Source: Camelus dromedarius
Taxonomy: Eukaryota
Length of the DNA stretch: 64,000 nt
NCBI RefSeq assembly: GCF_036321535.1
Contig: NC_087436.1
Location: 118,856,001 to 118,920,000, forward strand
Direction of reading: 5' to 3'
The notes under the pieces: generated by a model
The model's database searches: none
Told to the model about the DNA's origin: nothing
Seen by the model: the letters and a program-made list of their open reading frames with translations, nothing else
Translations under genes and position numbers: made by a program
Shown: positions 1-12,155 of the stretch, one piece after another
How positions within the stretch are numbered: position 1 is the stretch's first letter
Layout: every line of letters starts with the position of its first letter

Positions 1-226
1 ATCATAACTCTATTTTTAGTTTTTTAAGGAACCTCCATACTATTTTCCCAAGAAGCTGCACCAATTTATTTTCCCACCAACAGTGTAGGAGGGCTCCCTT
101 TTCTCCACACCCTCTCCAACATTTATTATTTGTAGACTTTTTGATGATGACCATTCTGACCAGGATGAGGTGACATCTCATCGTAGTTTTGATTTGCATT
201 TCTCTAACAATTAGTGATGTTGAGCA
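1..226 (-). mobile_element. LINE-1 ORF2 C-terminal fragment (cut by window edge)
   Basis: ORF 2..199(-) [42 protein letters not shown] is the typical L1 ORF2p C-terminal Cys-rich region. Confidence 0.95.
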
Positions 227-1250
227 TATATGATTTATTTTTAACCATTAGGCAAGTGAACTAAACAAAACCCTCAGGGCTGAAAGGAGCCACATCCATG
301 CCCAGAGCTTGCCAAGTACAGCCATGACCAGGCCCGACCAGAAAAATTAAACCAGAAACCACAGTCTCAGAGAGGCAGCCAGCCTCAGAGAGGGTGTCAG
401 GGGAAGGGAGGGCAAAGAAGGTGAGGACAGGGGTTGACAACGCACAGGGGAGGCAGCGATCGGAGTGTTGAGAGCCACGGCCTGAGGGACAAAGCAGACA
501 GTAAGTGAGACCCAGAACCAGTCCACAGCACACCACATCCCACCAGATCCCGCAAATGGATCTCACTCGTATGACTGACAGTTAATGTCACAGTACAATG
601 CAAGAAGCTCTAAGTCCTGAAGAACCAGAGCCTTTCCTGAGAGACAGTAGTCATTCAGCCTAGGACTGTCTCATGCATTTCAGACTCATGTCCCCAACTG
701 CCATCTGTACCTCCCCACACTGGCCCAGAGACACCTCACACTAGGCAGCCCAGAACTGGGCCCCCCACCTCCCGCCTTCACAGCTGTGATTCTCCCATGT
801 TCCTCACCCCGGGGAAGACCCCACCAGTCCCCCAGGCCAGAAGTCTGGGTGCCCTCCTTACTACTAGCTAGTAACAGCCACCAGATTATGATATCAGTGG
901 TGTTCACACTGCTGGGCATCAGAAGCCCTGGAAGGCTAACGAAGACCACAGAGACCCAGGTCCTAAAGGCCCCCCGTGATTCTCCTGCCCCCACCGCCCC
1001 CCCCACCCCGCTGGAGAGCTGCTGCATGTGACACTCAGTAATGCCCACGTGTCCGTAGCTACTGATCTTAAGGGCGGCTCCCACGTTCAGGTACCATGCA
1101 AGCTGCTTATAAACATTGTCTCACGCAATGCTTCGGAGCAAATAATTTATTTCCCCTGTTTTATACGTGAAGAGAGGTCAACTAAGTTCCTGGAGGTCAC
1201 ACAGCCCAGCGGGGAGCAGCAGAAGTGGGGTCTCTGTGTAGGTCTCTAAT

Positions 1251-1410
1251 TCTTTCTTTCTTTTTTTTTTTTTTGGATTTTTTTGTTTGTTTGCTTTTGG
1301 GGGGTAAGTAGGTAATTAGGTTTATTTATTTCAAGTGGAGGTAATGGAGATTGAACCCAGCACCTCATGCATGCTAAGCCTGCACTCTAGCACTAAGCTA
1401 CACCCTCCCC
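1251..1410 (-). mobile_element. tRNA-derived SINE, camelid type
   Basis: Reverse complement reads GGGGAGGGTGTAGCTTAGTGCTAGAGTGCAGGCTTAGCATGCATGAGGTGCTGGGTTCAATCTCC (A and B boxes), then AAATAAATAAACCTAATTACC and an A-rich tail. Confidence 0.9.
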
Positions 1411-1567
1411 ACCCACCCACACTGCATAGGCCTCCCTGACTGCAAGGTGCTTCCCTTCACCCAGAGCAGGAAGGAGAGGCTCAGAGCACGAAGTGGCCCC
1501 CAGGGCCCATGGCCAGCAGCACAGGAGCCTCGAGGAACCAGGCAGGACCTCTTGGTCCAGATTAGCC

Positions 1568-2578
1568 ATTCTCAGCCCCATGGCTCAATGGAAAAACCTG
1601 GAGAATTTATTGTTCATGCCTCTGCCTGGCCCCACTTAGCCACTGAATCAGACTTTTCTGGGATGGGCACAAGAATGGTATGATATTCTCACCTCCCCCG
1701 GCAATTAGGGTAGAAAAAATGACTCTGGAGAGGTGGTTCTCAGCTGAGAATTCCCGATGCTCAGCCTCCGATCAGCCCCACTGATTCTGAATCTCGGAGT
1801 GAGGTCCAGGCCTCAGTGGTTTTTTAAGGTCCTCGGGTGATTCTAATGTGCAGCCGAAGTGGAAGTCGCTGGCTTCGGGCCCCGCCTGCTCCAGGTGTGG
1901 CCTCCAGGCCAGGAGCACTGGTATCACCAGGAAGCTAGATTGTAAGATTTCAGGCCCATCCCAGACTTCCTGAATCTGAAACTTGGGGTTGAGTTTAGCT
2001 AGCCCTCCAGGTGCCACTGATGCTAGTTCAAGTCTGACAACCTCTTGCCTAGGGCTCTGCCACTCAAAGTGGGTCCACAGGCGAGCAGTGCCAGCATCAT
2101 TGGGATCCTGTAAGAGATACAGGCACCACCCCAGGCCCACTGAATCAGAACCTGCATTTTAACAAGATGCCCAGGGGATTCAAGCATACAATGAAGAGTG
2201 AGAAGACCCACCCTTCCTCCCCTCTCCCTTCCCCCACCACCCACTACCACCTTTGGATTAGATGGTTTCATCTGCCCAGGGGACAAGGCACAGGTCCTGT
2301 TTAAAGTGACACTGTGCTGCATGCAGGACACTCTGAATATCAAGACCAGAGTCACGAGCCTGGGTTGCAAGCTGACTCAGCCACTGAGAGCAAGACTAGG
2401 AGGCAGTTCAATGCAGCGCCTCTCAAACTTTAACGTGCATGAGAACAAGTTCCTTGAATACTTCCTAGCTGGCCCCTCCCTGAGTGATGCTGATCCCCTG
2501 CGTTGGGGCCTATGAGTCTGCATTTCCACAGAGCTCCCAGGTGATGTGATGCTGGAGGTCTCATGATCACACCTGGGT
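1568..2578. mobile_element. Cluster of about five MER5A/MER5A1/MER5B (hAT-Charlie) MITEs
   Basis: MER5 signatures (TGAATCAGA, CTGCATTTTAACAAG, CCCAGGTGAT, TCTCAAACTTT) recur at ~1568-1715, 1732-1872, 1885-2047, 2053-2205 and 2412-2578. Confidence 0.75.
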
Positions 2579-2770
2579 AATCCTGATGTGGCTCTGGAGT
2601 CAGCCGACGAGAGTTTGAATCCAACTTTAGCACGCACTAACTGTGCGGCTCTGTGCCTCCAGTGTCTCCCTGGGCGAATGGGCCTAGTGGTGGTTACAAC
2701 CACACAGATTCAGACAGCTAGAGTGCTTACAAGAGTGCCTAGTATGGACCTGTAGTTTTAAGTTTTACTA

Positions 2771-3211
2771 CACCACCACCAATTCCACAGCCACCATTAT
2801 CCCTAACATCATCACCCCCGCCACCATAACCACTACCACATCATGTTCACCACCATCCTCACCACTAGCATCACCATCCCCATCACCACCCTCACCACCT
2901 TCCCTACCACCACCATCACTATCACCCTAAACACCACAGCCACCATTACCACCCTCACCACCACCACCATCATCGCCAGTACCATCAGTATCACCACCCT
3001 CCCCACCAACCCACCACCATCATCATCATCACCATTAACACCATCACTACTGCCATCACCATCACCCTAAACACCACCGCCATCACCATCATTCACCACC
3101 AGCAACACAACACCACCATCACTCTCACCACCACCACTACCATTATCATCACTATCATTAACACCATCACCCTCACCCTTAACACCACCACCACTCTTAC
3201 CACCACCACCA
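2771..3211 (+). repeat. (CAC/CAT)n low-complexity trinucleotide tract, resuming at 3854-3890 after an LTR
   Basis: Degenerate ACC/ATC triplets read directly; source of the spurious Thr-rich and Val-rich ORFs. Confidence 0.95.
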
Positions 3212-3215
3212 ATAC

Positions 3216-3849
3216 TGTTAGAGCAGGCAGATAGCTAGATGTGAGCAGAGAAAGGGGAGCACAGACCAAATGGCAGGAATTGGGCAGAAAGGAGGGGCAC
3301 AGGCCAAATGCAAGAAACCACACATCATGTAAGCACCAGGGGTCCCTGGGCAGAGAAAGAAAAGCAGGAACCTCTGGGCTGATAAGCAGCCTGGAGGCCA
3401 ACAAAGATAGGTGAGAAAAAGCAGGAATCTCCAGTGTCTGAATGTAACCTTTTGCTCATTATGACCTCATTACAATAAAATTAGCCTTGCAGATTAGAAG
3501 TACCCAGCATGCACCGACGCTATGACACTTCAGATCCAGACTAAATAAGGACAAAAATCCCTCCTCCCTTTGGGAAGGTGGAGTTGGGATGATAATCAGG
3601 GAATATGACCCCAAACCCTTCCCTCCCCAATGAATATTCTGCCCATTCATTTTTACACCCTAACTAACCGACTTGCCAAAGAAACTCAGGGCAGCCGCTC
3701 ACCTGAGCCTGCCCGTTCTCCTCTTGAGAGTGTACTATTCATCCTTTAATTAATTCTCACTTTACTTTTTTTAACCAGTACATCTTGTCTCTGAATTCCT
3801 TCTGGGATGGGACAAGAACCTGGAACACCGGCTGCATCCACTGGCAACA
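3216..3849 (+). mobile_element. Solo ERV LTR (ERV1/class I-like), 634 bp
   Basis: Begins TGTTAG and ends GGCAACA; exact 4-bp TSD ATAC at 3212-3215 and 3850-3853; imperfect internal direct repeats in U3; U5-like end CTTGTCTCTGAATTCCTTCT...AAGAACC. Confidence 0.85.
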
Positions 3850-4096
3850 ATACCACCACCAGTACCATCACCATCACCACCCTCCCCACCACCTCCAGGT
3901 ACTCACAACACAGCCCCAGCCATCAAGGACCGTCAGCCTCGGTGGACAGGCAGACAAGAAGCTGAGAGAGAAAAGGATACAGAGCCTGCTGTCATGTAAA
4001 CCATCTCAGTTCACGTCAGCATTTGTTCAGAACCGAATTCCAAGGGAGTGACTGCGAAACAATGATGGATGCGGGAAGACGAAGAGGAACCCTTAC

Positions 4097-4250
4097 TTGT
4101 CGTACATGTTCGCGGGTAAACCTCAAAGCCCCGCCAGACCAGGTGCGCCCTGAGACTAGGCCTGTGCTGCTTTCATCTCCAAGTCTCAACTCCCGCACGG
4201 GGCCCAGCACGGAACCAGGGATGAGTCAACAAGTCCTGGCTTTCCACAGT
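4097..4250 (-). other. Candidate alternative first exon of the minus-strand host gene, ending ATG TAC GAC AA|gtaagg (MYD-N/K)
   Basis: ATG at 4107 with A at -3; donor CAA|GTAAGG; local CpG retention at 4055-4210; AP-1 motif TGAGTCA at 4222; no good upstream polypyrimidine tract. 5' boundary uncertain. Confidence 0.4.
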
Positions 4251-5919
4251 CACTTTGCCACTCAGTTTGTGCCTCCATTAAATAGGGAAAATGCTAATTT
4301 CGAAGCTGGTGAAGTGTATATTCTTGCAAAGCTATGAAGACGTTTAATACTCAAGCATTATTAATATTTATCATTCATAATAAAAACTAACAGAAAAGCT
4401 GAATTTCTCCCTTCTTCTCCACAGGTTCCCCAAAAGATGCTGACTTCTCTTCCCTAGACACATCCACACCGTGCCACTCTCTTCCAGTAACGCAAACCCT
4501 CTGAAATGTCAGTCCAGTGCTCTACTGTCTGCAGAAGAGCCAGGGCCCTCTGGCCTGAATTGAAAGGTGAACCCGGGAAAGCTGCTCAGAGCAAGGGATG
4601 CTCTTCTTTGCAGCGCCTGAGAACACAGGCTATGAAGCCAGCCCCTCAGCTTTACATCCTGCTGAACTTTCAACTTCCTCCAGCTGGCAGTGACCTGGTC
4701 CCTTGGCACCAACTGGACGATCTGCAGATAGGATTAATAAGTCCCAGCTGCAGAAAACAGGGCCTCTAATGAGGAAGGAGTCGGGGTCACGGAAGGATAA
4801 TGAGACCTGGGCCAGGCCCACATCTAAACCCTGTGCTGCTGCAACCCTGGCTGAGGCTGCTTACTGTTGTCCCCAAGACCTCCAGTGGGCTAAGCCTGTA
4901 CTGGGCCTTGGGGAGGAGGGAGGACCTGGCCCCGGCCCCACCCTTGGTCCTCATGGCCATCCCACCAGCCCTGCCACACAGGGCATCAGCACCAGGACAG
5001 AATCAGCCAGGGAATGGGAGCCCCAGGGTGGCAGTGGCCACGTTTCCCAAAGTGACTTTCTGTCCCCACATGTCCAGGCCCCTGCGACTCTCCTCCCAGG
5101 GTCTAGAGGAAATGTTTAAACGAGAAGTCTTCTCTTACCTGCAAGGTCCTGTTCATGTGGCTTCCTCGCCCAGGATGGCTCCTCTACCCACCTGTTCACT
5201 CCATGAACCCTGACTGTGCACCTCCTGGGCTCCCGGCTCAAGTGCAGACGGTGAAATAGAAACAGCTGCTGCCCTTGCATTACTCAAAATCTGGCAGGGA
5301 GGGCGGTTTGTAATCAGATGACTGCAATGAAGTAAGATCAGTGCTCAGAGCCTGGGGGGCTTCCTGGAGGAGGCAGTCCCTAAGCTATGTCTTCAAGGAA
5401 AAGTAGGAAGCCCAGGTTAACAAAGGATAAAAAGTGAAAAGATAACCCAAGCCCTCCTAGACACGTGTGCATGTTTGCATGTGTTCCCGCGAGCACAGGA
5501 AGACATTCTGGACCGTCCGCCCACCATGGGTTACCCCACCCGGGATGAAACAAAAGAGTTTACTCATTTCTTCACTCTCCTCTCTTCTGAATAACTACAA
5601 CAACAAATACTACTTGAGTAATTTTAGAAGGCAACACAACTTTAAGGAAAATGTAAGAGAAGAAGAGAAGTGAAATTTTTATGGAAAGTTGACCCAAAAG
5701 GAGATTCTGAAGATGCAATGATTTCTCTATAGAGGGAAGAATGAATTTTGTCAGAAGACTGTGCCCCTATTTCAAGACTGGCCCCCAAATGGCTGGTCAG
5801 AATTGAACTGCAGGGCACGAAGTTCTCTCCGCTTCCATGGGACTGAGACACAGAAAATGCCGGAGGCCACAGAGTGGACAGGTGGACACGGCTGGTTCTC
5901 AGCACGCCTCTCCCACTGG

Positions 5920-6290
5920 GAGTACGTTTGTACAAACTTTTCAATCTGCAGTTTCAAAACTACAGAAAAGTTCCGAGAATAGTATAATGAACATCCCATA
6001 CCTTCACCTAGACTCACCCATCGTTCACATGGCCCCACAGCAACTGTGTCTATAAAGACACATTTCTATACATATCTGTCTATTTCTGTGAAGCATCTGG
6101 AAGTGCACTTCAGGCCTCATGACGCCCCACCCTAAGTGCTGTGGCTTTCATCTCAACACCAAGGGCACTATGAACTCACGACACAATGATCGAGACCAGG
6201 AAACTTTGTCACTGACACATTTCCTATTCCAATGTCACCAGTCATTGCAATCATGTCCTATGTGGCAAAAGGATTATGTTTCTTGACCCA
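5920..6290 (-). mobile_element. Old L1 (L1ME-like) 3' UTR fragment
   Basis: TTTCAAAACTACAGAAAAGTT...GAATAGTATAATGAACATCCCATACC matches the antisense 3' end of ancient L1s. Confidence 0.6.
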
Positions 6291-6835
6291 GGCCTCGAGC
6301 ACTGGATAAAGGGCAGTTACATGCAGGGCAGGGCTGCGGCTCTGTCCGAACCACAGACAGACTTCCCCAAATAATCAACTGAGAAGTAAAACACAATGAT
6401 GATCAAGAATAAGCATCACCACGTACAAAATGACCTTGACAAGAGGGCAGGGCAGCCAGCAGGGATTCTGGGCACAGCGAGAGAGGATCACGGACCCTCA
6501 GCCGACGCTGGCCAGCCCTGGGCTTTGGCTCTGTGTCTAAGAAAACAAAAGCCACCTTCCTGAGATACCCTATAACCTTAGTCATGAAGAAATTTTGTTT
6601 AAATCTGTTTTTAAATGTCCATAAGAATAATAATAAAAATAAGTGTGAAGAGATGGAGGCATGCACCTCAAGTTCAGTCCAAAGCCCGAGCTGACTCCCT
6701 CTCACTGGAGAGCGGCGCTCCAAAAAGAGGAAGCCTTCCCCCGAGGGGGCGGGCGTCCTGCCCCTTTAGATTTCACACCCTAAAGGCTACTGCACAGTCA
6801 TGGGCAAACAGTAGATGTTTAATAAAGAAAATTGA

Positions 6836-6970
6836 GGGGGAAGGTATAGCTCAGTGGTAGAGCGCATGCTCAGCATGCACGATCCTGGGTTCCAGCCCCA
6901 GTCCCTCCATTAAAATAAATAAACACATAAACCTAATTGCCCCCCCCATGGGGGAAAATGCATACATATT
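6836..6970 (+). mobile_element. tRNA-derived SINE, camelid type
   Basis: GGGGGAAGGTATAGCTCAGTGGTAGAGCGCATGCTCAGCATGCACGATCCTGGGTTCCAGCCCCAG, then AAATAAA...AAACCTAATT tail; AAAGAAAATT repeated on both flanks (probable TSD). Confidence 0.92.
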
Positions 6971-8098
6971 TAAAAGAAAATTTAAAGAAACTCATTCACC
7001 TGAAAACAAAAGAAAGAAAACGCAAGCTTCACGTCCTCAGGTGTAACAGTGGGGTCCCTCTGTCCTCGCAAGCGGGCAGCGTGGACCAAGTGGGCCACCG
7101 GGCAGAGAGGCAGGGGACCTGGGCTTGTACCTCTCAACCTGCTGAGTCACTCTGGAGAAGTCGCACAGCCACTGGGAGCCTCAGTTTCCCCATCTCTAAG
7201 TCCCAGCTCTTCCCCGAAGCCCCTTGGAGCAGCTGCAGTGTGCCCCCAGCCCACCCCCAGGCTCTCCTGAGCAGGTTTCCAGGAGGGTAAAACCCCCTCT
7301 CACCTGGTCCAGACCCTTGTCTCCCATTCAGGCCCCTCAGCACTCCCCAGCTAGACTAGACGCCCAGCTCCCAGGGGCCTGCTGAGAATGGCTTTCTTAT
7401 GTCTCCTCTCGCTGGTAGTCCCCCTCTGGCCACCTCCTCACCCTCTGTCCCGCCCCATGCAGCCCCAACTGCCCCCTTGTCCATGGCCACCCTCAGCCAC
7501 CTAGAGTTCTGACCCAAGGTCCCTTGATCCTGGCGACTATCACTACTTTTCTGAGAATTAGAAAACAGTAAACTGTATTCGCAGACTGTCCTTGGCTCCC
7601 CACTGTCCTCGGGGTGAAAATCAAACTCCTTGGCTTGGATCAAGCCCTTTTTCATCTATCTCCCACCTCCTCCTTATGGGTAGGGTTCTCTAGAGGACTG
7701 CTAAGGCCTCAGAGAGGTTGAGGAACTTGCCCGAGTTCAACAGATCAGGAGTAACAGAATCAGGGCATAAAAAAAAAATGAGCTCCAAACCAGACCCCTT
7801 CATCCCACGTGAAAAGCCAAATGTTTCATCGACAACGGGTGCATGCTGCCGCTGGACAATGCTGGCAAGGACACTAAAACAGTGGTTCAGGGTGCTTGGA
7901 ATAGAGCTGAATGCTGCTGGTTTTTTTCTTTGTGCAATATTTTAATTTTGAATAGTTTTAAATGTTCACAGTGGAAAAATAATGATGAGTAGAAATCGGC
8001 AGACCCTGCGTGATAGAGTCCCATGAGTATTTCACTGTCATTACATCGCTGCACAGCTGGTAAAGCTGGTGGTCGCCTGACTGCAGCTGAGAGCTCAC

Positions 8099-8203
8099 CG
8101 CAGCGTGCCTGGCACAGACAGGATTTCGCATCCAGCTCTGCCCAGGCAGGTGGACCCTGCCCACACCTGCAGTGTGCCTGCCAGTCCCGGGCTCCCTCTG
8201 CAC
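8099..8203 (-). other. Possible internal (5' UTR) exon of the minus-strand host gene
   Basis: On the minus strand: acceptor tctttgccag|GTGCAG and donor GCG|gtgagc, 105 nt, in unique sequence. Confidence 0.25.
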
Positions 8204-8464
8204 CTGGCAAAGACTTCAGACTCAGGGCTCAGACTTTTTTTTTCCATGTGAAGTAACAGATGCCTCCAGGCTCTCATTAAAGATGTTAAGAGGGTAACCA
8301 TGTATTTATTCAATGATCGTTTTCAATCCTATCAATATTCTTATCCTCTCTGAATCTGTTTCCTCATTCATATAAGAGATAATAATACTGACACCCACAG
8401 GGCTGTAACTGAAACTCCTAACGGCGGACGTGTCCTGCTCAGCAGACATACAGTGGCAGGCAGC

Positions 8465-8600
8465 ATCATTACCATTTACTGAGAAACTATTAAGTGCCAG
8501 ATACTTTCCCAGGCACTAAAGGTGCAGCGATGAACAAGGCACAGTGCTGCCCTGGTGTGACTGGAGGTCTAGTGTAAGAGAGGAAGGACAATAAATCACT
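8465..8600 (-). mobile_element. LINE-2 3' fragment
   Basis: CATTTACTGAGAAACTATTAAGTGCCAGATACT...GATGAACAAGGCACAG...CTGCCCT. Confidence 0.7.
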
Positions 8601-11099
8601 TAAGGGGTTTTCCTTGACCTTGAGCACAGCTGTGGAGCTGTGGAGAAGTTTATGCCTAGAAGGGCAAGGTCAGACACCCATGTACTTCAGATCACTTCCT
8701 CCAGGTCAGCACGGAGGGCTGCCTGGAGGAGGCCCCAGAGTCAGAGACAGTGAGAGGCTGTGTCCTCATCTGGTGGAGGATGATTGGGCCTGAGGTGAGC
8801 GTGGATGTAAACTTTATAGGAGGCCAAACCCATAGAACTTATGGTCCAAGTGAACAGGGACAAAGCAGAATTCCTAAAGCTTGAATCAAGCTGTATTTTA
8901 TATTTTAATCTATTTTTGAATCTCTCCAAACATTTGCCAAGCTCCTTTATCACTCACAGGGCTACTTTCCTGCAGAAATGGGAAGCACATCACCCTTGGC
9001 TCCCCACTGCCCTTGGGGTGAAAATCGAGGTGGGAGGAGTGAGGAGGAGGTCAAAGAGATTAAGGGAGAGAATACTTCCACATTTACAAGTAGGGAAATG
9101 CAGGCTCTCAGAGACAGACTGGCTTAAGGTTCCCCTGAACACCCAGGAAGACTTGGTGAACACAGCCCTGTCAGGCCCCCGGTCTTCCTTCATGGCATTC
9201 CCCCAGCAGGTAAACCTGCTAGCAGCACTGATAGCCCAGGTGGCCAGAAAGAGCTAGTCTTTCAAAATGGCAGGCAGGGCACAGCCCTTGTTGTCATGAA
9301 CAGGGACACCTGCCTGGACACCCACGGGCGTCCCGAAAACAGGAAGGGAGCTCAGGGAGGGAGATGGTGCTGGTAGTCAGACAACAGGCTTCCCCAAGAG
9401 AAAAATATTTAGCAAACATTGATGTAGAGAAGGAGTAAGCTCCAGACTTGGAAGGGATGCTGAGGAAGGCCATCTGGTCCCACCTCCCCATTGTACAAAT
9501 GGGACATGGAGCCCAGAGAGGGTTTGTCTAATCCAGATGTACACACGAAAGCAGGATTTGAACCCAGCCTCTTCACTCCCAATCCACTGCTCTTCTTACC
9601 CTGACCTCATGTTAGCCTACTAAAGGTGTATAAGCCACATCACCACCTGCTCCAGGAAGCCTTCCATGACCAACAAGGCTCCTGCCCCTGAAAACGCGGG
9701 CCTCCCAGAAAGCCTGGACTTCACTGTCAGACCCAGAGTGGAATCCTGGCTCTACCCCTTATGGCCTGTAGGACCTACATCAAGGCATGTCACCTGAGCC
9801 AGAGGAAACCCTCCCACCACAGAAGGCTGCACGGATTATGTGAATTAAGGCGACCACTGCAGGGCCTGCCGCAAAGAAGCTCCTTCCATGGACTGGCCCA
9901 GAGAACAGCCATACAATAGTGGCTGCACTCCCGCAAACGTCAATTTCACCCGCTCCGTCCCCTCCAATGCCACTACGCACGTCAGAGCCACCATCTTCTC
10001 AGCAGCCTGGGAAGCACCTGCTCCGTCCTGCCTCCGAGCCTCTCAGACGCTGCAGGCCGACTCCCTGCCCGGGCTCCTCTCCTCCGGTCCTGCCAAACCT
10101 CCTCAACTCCAAAGGCAAATTTGTGCAGAAAAGCATTGAGGTTAACCCTAACCCCCAGCACCAGCCACTTCCGGTGAGTTCTGCCTAACTTCCTGTCACT
10201 GATTTTTTAATTCAAGCTTGACCCCACCCCTTCCGTTTCCGGCCCCGCCCAACCCTGCCTCCTTAGCCACACCCATCACCTTCTTCCTGTCCCCACCCCA
10301 AAGGATCACTTCATTGGGAAATCTTCAGGTTGGACTGCCGTATTTAAAAAGGACAGGCTACAAAGTTGGCATAGTAAGACCCCAGTAAAATATAAAATTA
10401 GCATATATGTTCAGAGGACAAAAAAAAAAAATTAGAAGTGCTTTTCAGACATTTTTTGCTTTTGTCATGAAATGAAATCTTGTTGAGCAATCCATATGAA
10501 ACCCCTCTTAGAAGGACCCACGCCCAAACCTCAGCCTCGTTACGCTGCGGAGCACACCCGGAAAGCCCCAGCAAGGGCGGAGACGGAGTAAGGCTCTCAT
10601 CCTGAGGCTCCACCACTCACTAACTCTGGCTGTTAAATGACATGTTGCCTCCCAGGGCCTCGGTTTCCTCCTACCTTCTTACGCGGTGGCTGAGAGGCCC
10701 AGACAGCAGCATAAAGCACCCGCTCGGGGTGGGGCACTCAGTAAATACCACTGCTGAGAGGCAGACTGGATGGAACCAGACAGGAAAACCGAGCCCAAGG
10801 CCAGGGGTCACTGGCTGTGCCCTCCTGGGAGACCCTGCCCCATCCACCACCACCTGCCTCCTCCACCTTCCAGAAACTCCTAACGTGCCCTCAATGGGAC
10901 AATGCTGCAAAGCCACAAACCCACAGGAAACCAGGCCTCTCACCCCCCGACACAGCCACGTCCTCTGCAGAAGGTGACCTTACCCTTTCTGCCAGCCAGA
11001 GAACAAGGGAAAGGAAGTGGCCCAGGGGTGGGTCTGAGTCAGGCTGCATGGGTCTCTCTGGGCATGACTCCTGCCCCTGGGCCCTAAAAGCAGCAAATT

Positions 11100-11325
11100 A
11101 ACCAAGAGCTGCCATTTGGAAGAACCTACTCTGCTAGGCAATGTGCAGGGCATACCCATCTCAATCCATCCACAAAACCTCCTTGTAAAATAAGTAACAG
11201 TATTATTCCCATTTCACAGGTAAGGAAATCGAGACTTCAAGAGGTGAAGTCAACTCCCCAAGGTCCAAGGCTTGCAAGTGACAAAGCCAGGGCTGAATCA
11301 GGTCTGTGTGACTCTAAGGCCACTT
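11100..11325 (-). mobile_element. MIR SINE
   Basis: TATTATTCCCATTTCACAGGTAAGGAAATCGAGACTTCAAGAGGTGAAGTCAACTCCCCAAGGTC core. Confidence 0.8.
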
Positions 11326-11939
11326 TCCAGGTGTCCAAAGAACTGTCAGTTTTGTTTTCTATCCTCAGGACCCAGCACCATGCCTGGCACGCTCTCCTGG
11401 TACCTAAGAACATTTTTAGGAATGAACAGCCAGGTTCCTTGCTGAACACCATACCATCGCCCTCCAAGAACAAAGCATATTGACAGCAAATTAAAAGCCA
11501 CTGAATTAGTAACAACACTTCCATAAAATAGTGGTTTCAAAATATTCCAGTTCATGAAAAACTTCCAATATTATCAGAAAACCACCTACTTCAATTCCCC
11601 ACCAAACACACCCACAGAAACAATTTCTGATAAAATTGCTACTCATATTCAAGACCCACATAACAAAATCCTCATCAAACAGAGGAATGAGAGTTGTTTA
11701 TCAACATTCGCCAGAACATGATGAAACTTCCTTTAGAATGTGCCGTGCATGTGAATTTTTCTTTTTTAACTTCCCACTGTAAAACTTTACCAGATGCTGA
11801 ACAGGAGAGAAACTCTGAGGTGAGGGTGAGCACTGGGAACCAATAACTACGCTGCAAGAAAAACAAAGCACCATGGCAGCATCCACACTCATCTCCCATC
11901 AGATGGAATTCAACACAACTCAACAAACATTCACGAAGT

Positions 11940-12155
11940 AATAGCAGTAACAGTCCCTGCTTATATAGCAGTCTCTTTGTACTAGAAACTGTTCCAAACT
12001 TTCCAAGCTCTCAATTATTCCACAGTCCTATGACATGGGTACTATTGGTGCCCCATTTTCATGTTCTGGCGGGAAAGAGGTTCCGGCCAAGGTGACCCAG
12101 CTAGCAAGCAGGGGCAGGACGTTGTACCCAGGTTGGCTCCAATATCCATATTCTT
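11940..12155 (-). mobile_element. MIR SINE
   Basis: GTCCTATGACATGGGTACTATTGGTGCCCCATTTTCATG...CCAAGGTGACCCAGCTAGCAAG. Confidence 0.65.

Noticed and set aside
2843..3404. Mucin-like Thr-rich and Val-rich ORFs
   Set aside because: Translations of the (CAC/CAT)n tract, broken by an LTR and lacking splice support.
6836..6910. tRNA gene (also at 32717 and 1410)
   Set aside because: The A/B boxes are followed by the SINE body, A-rich tail and TSD, and there is no complete acceptor stem; these are SINE heads.
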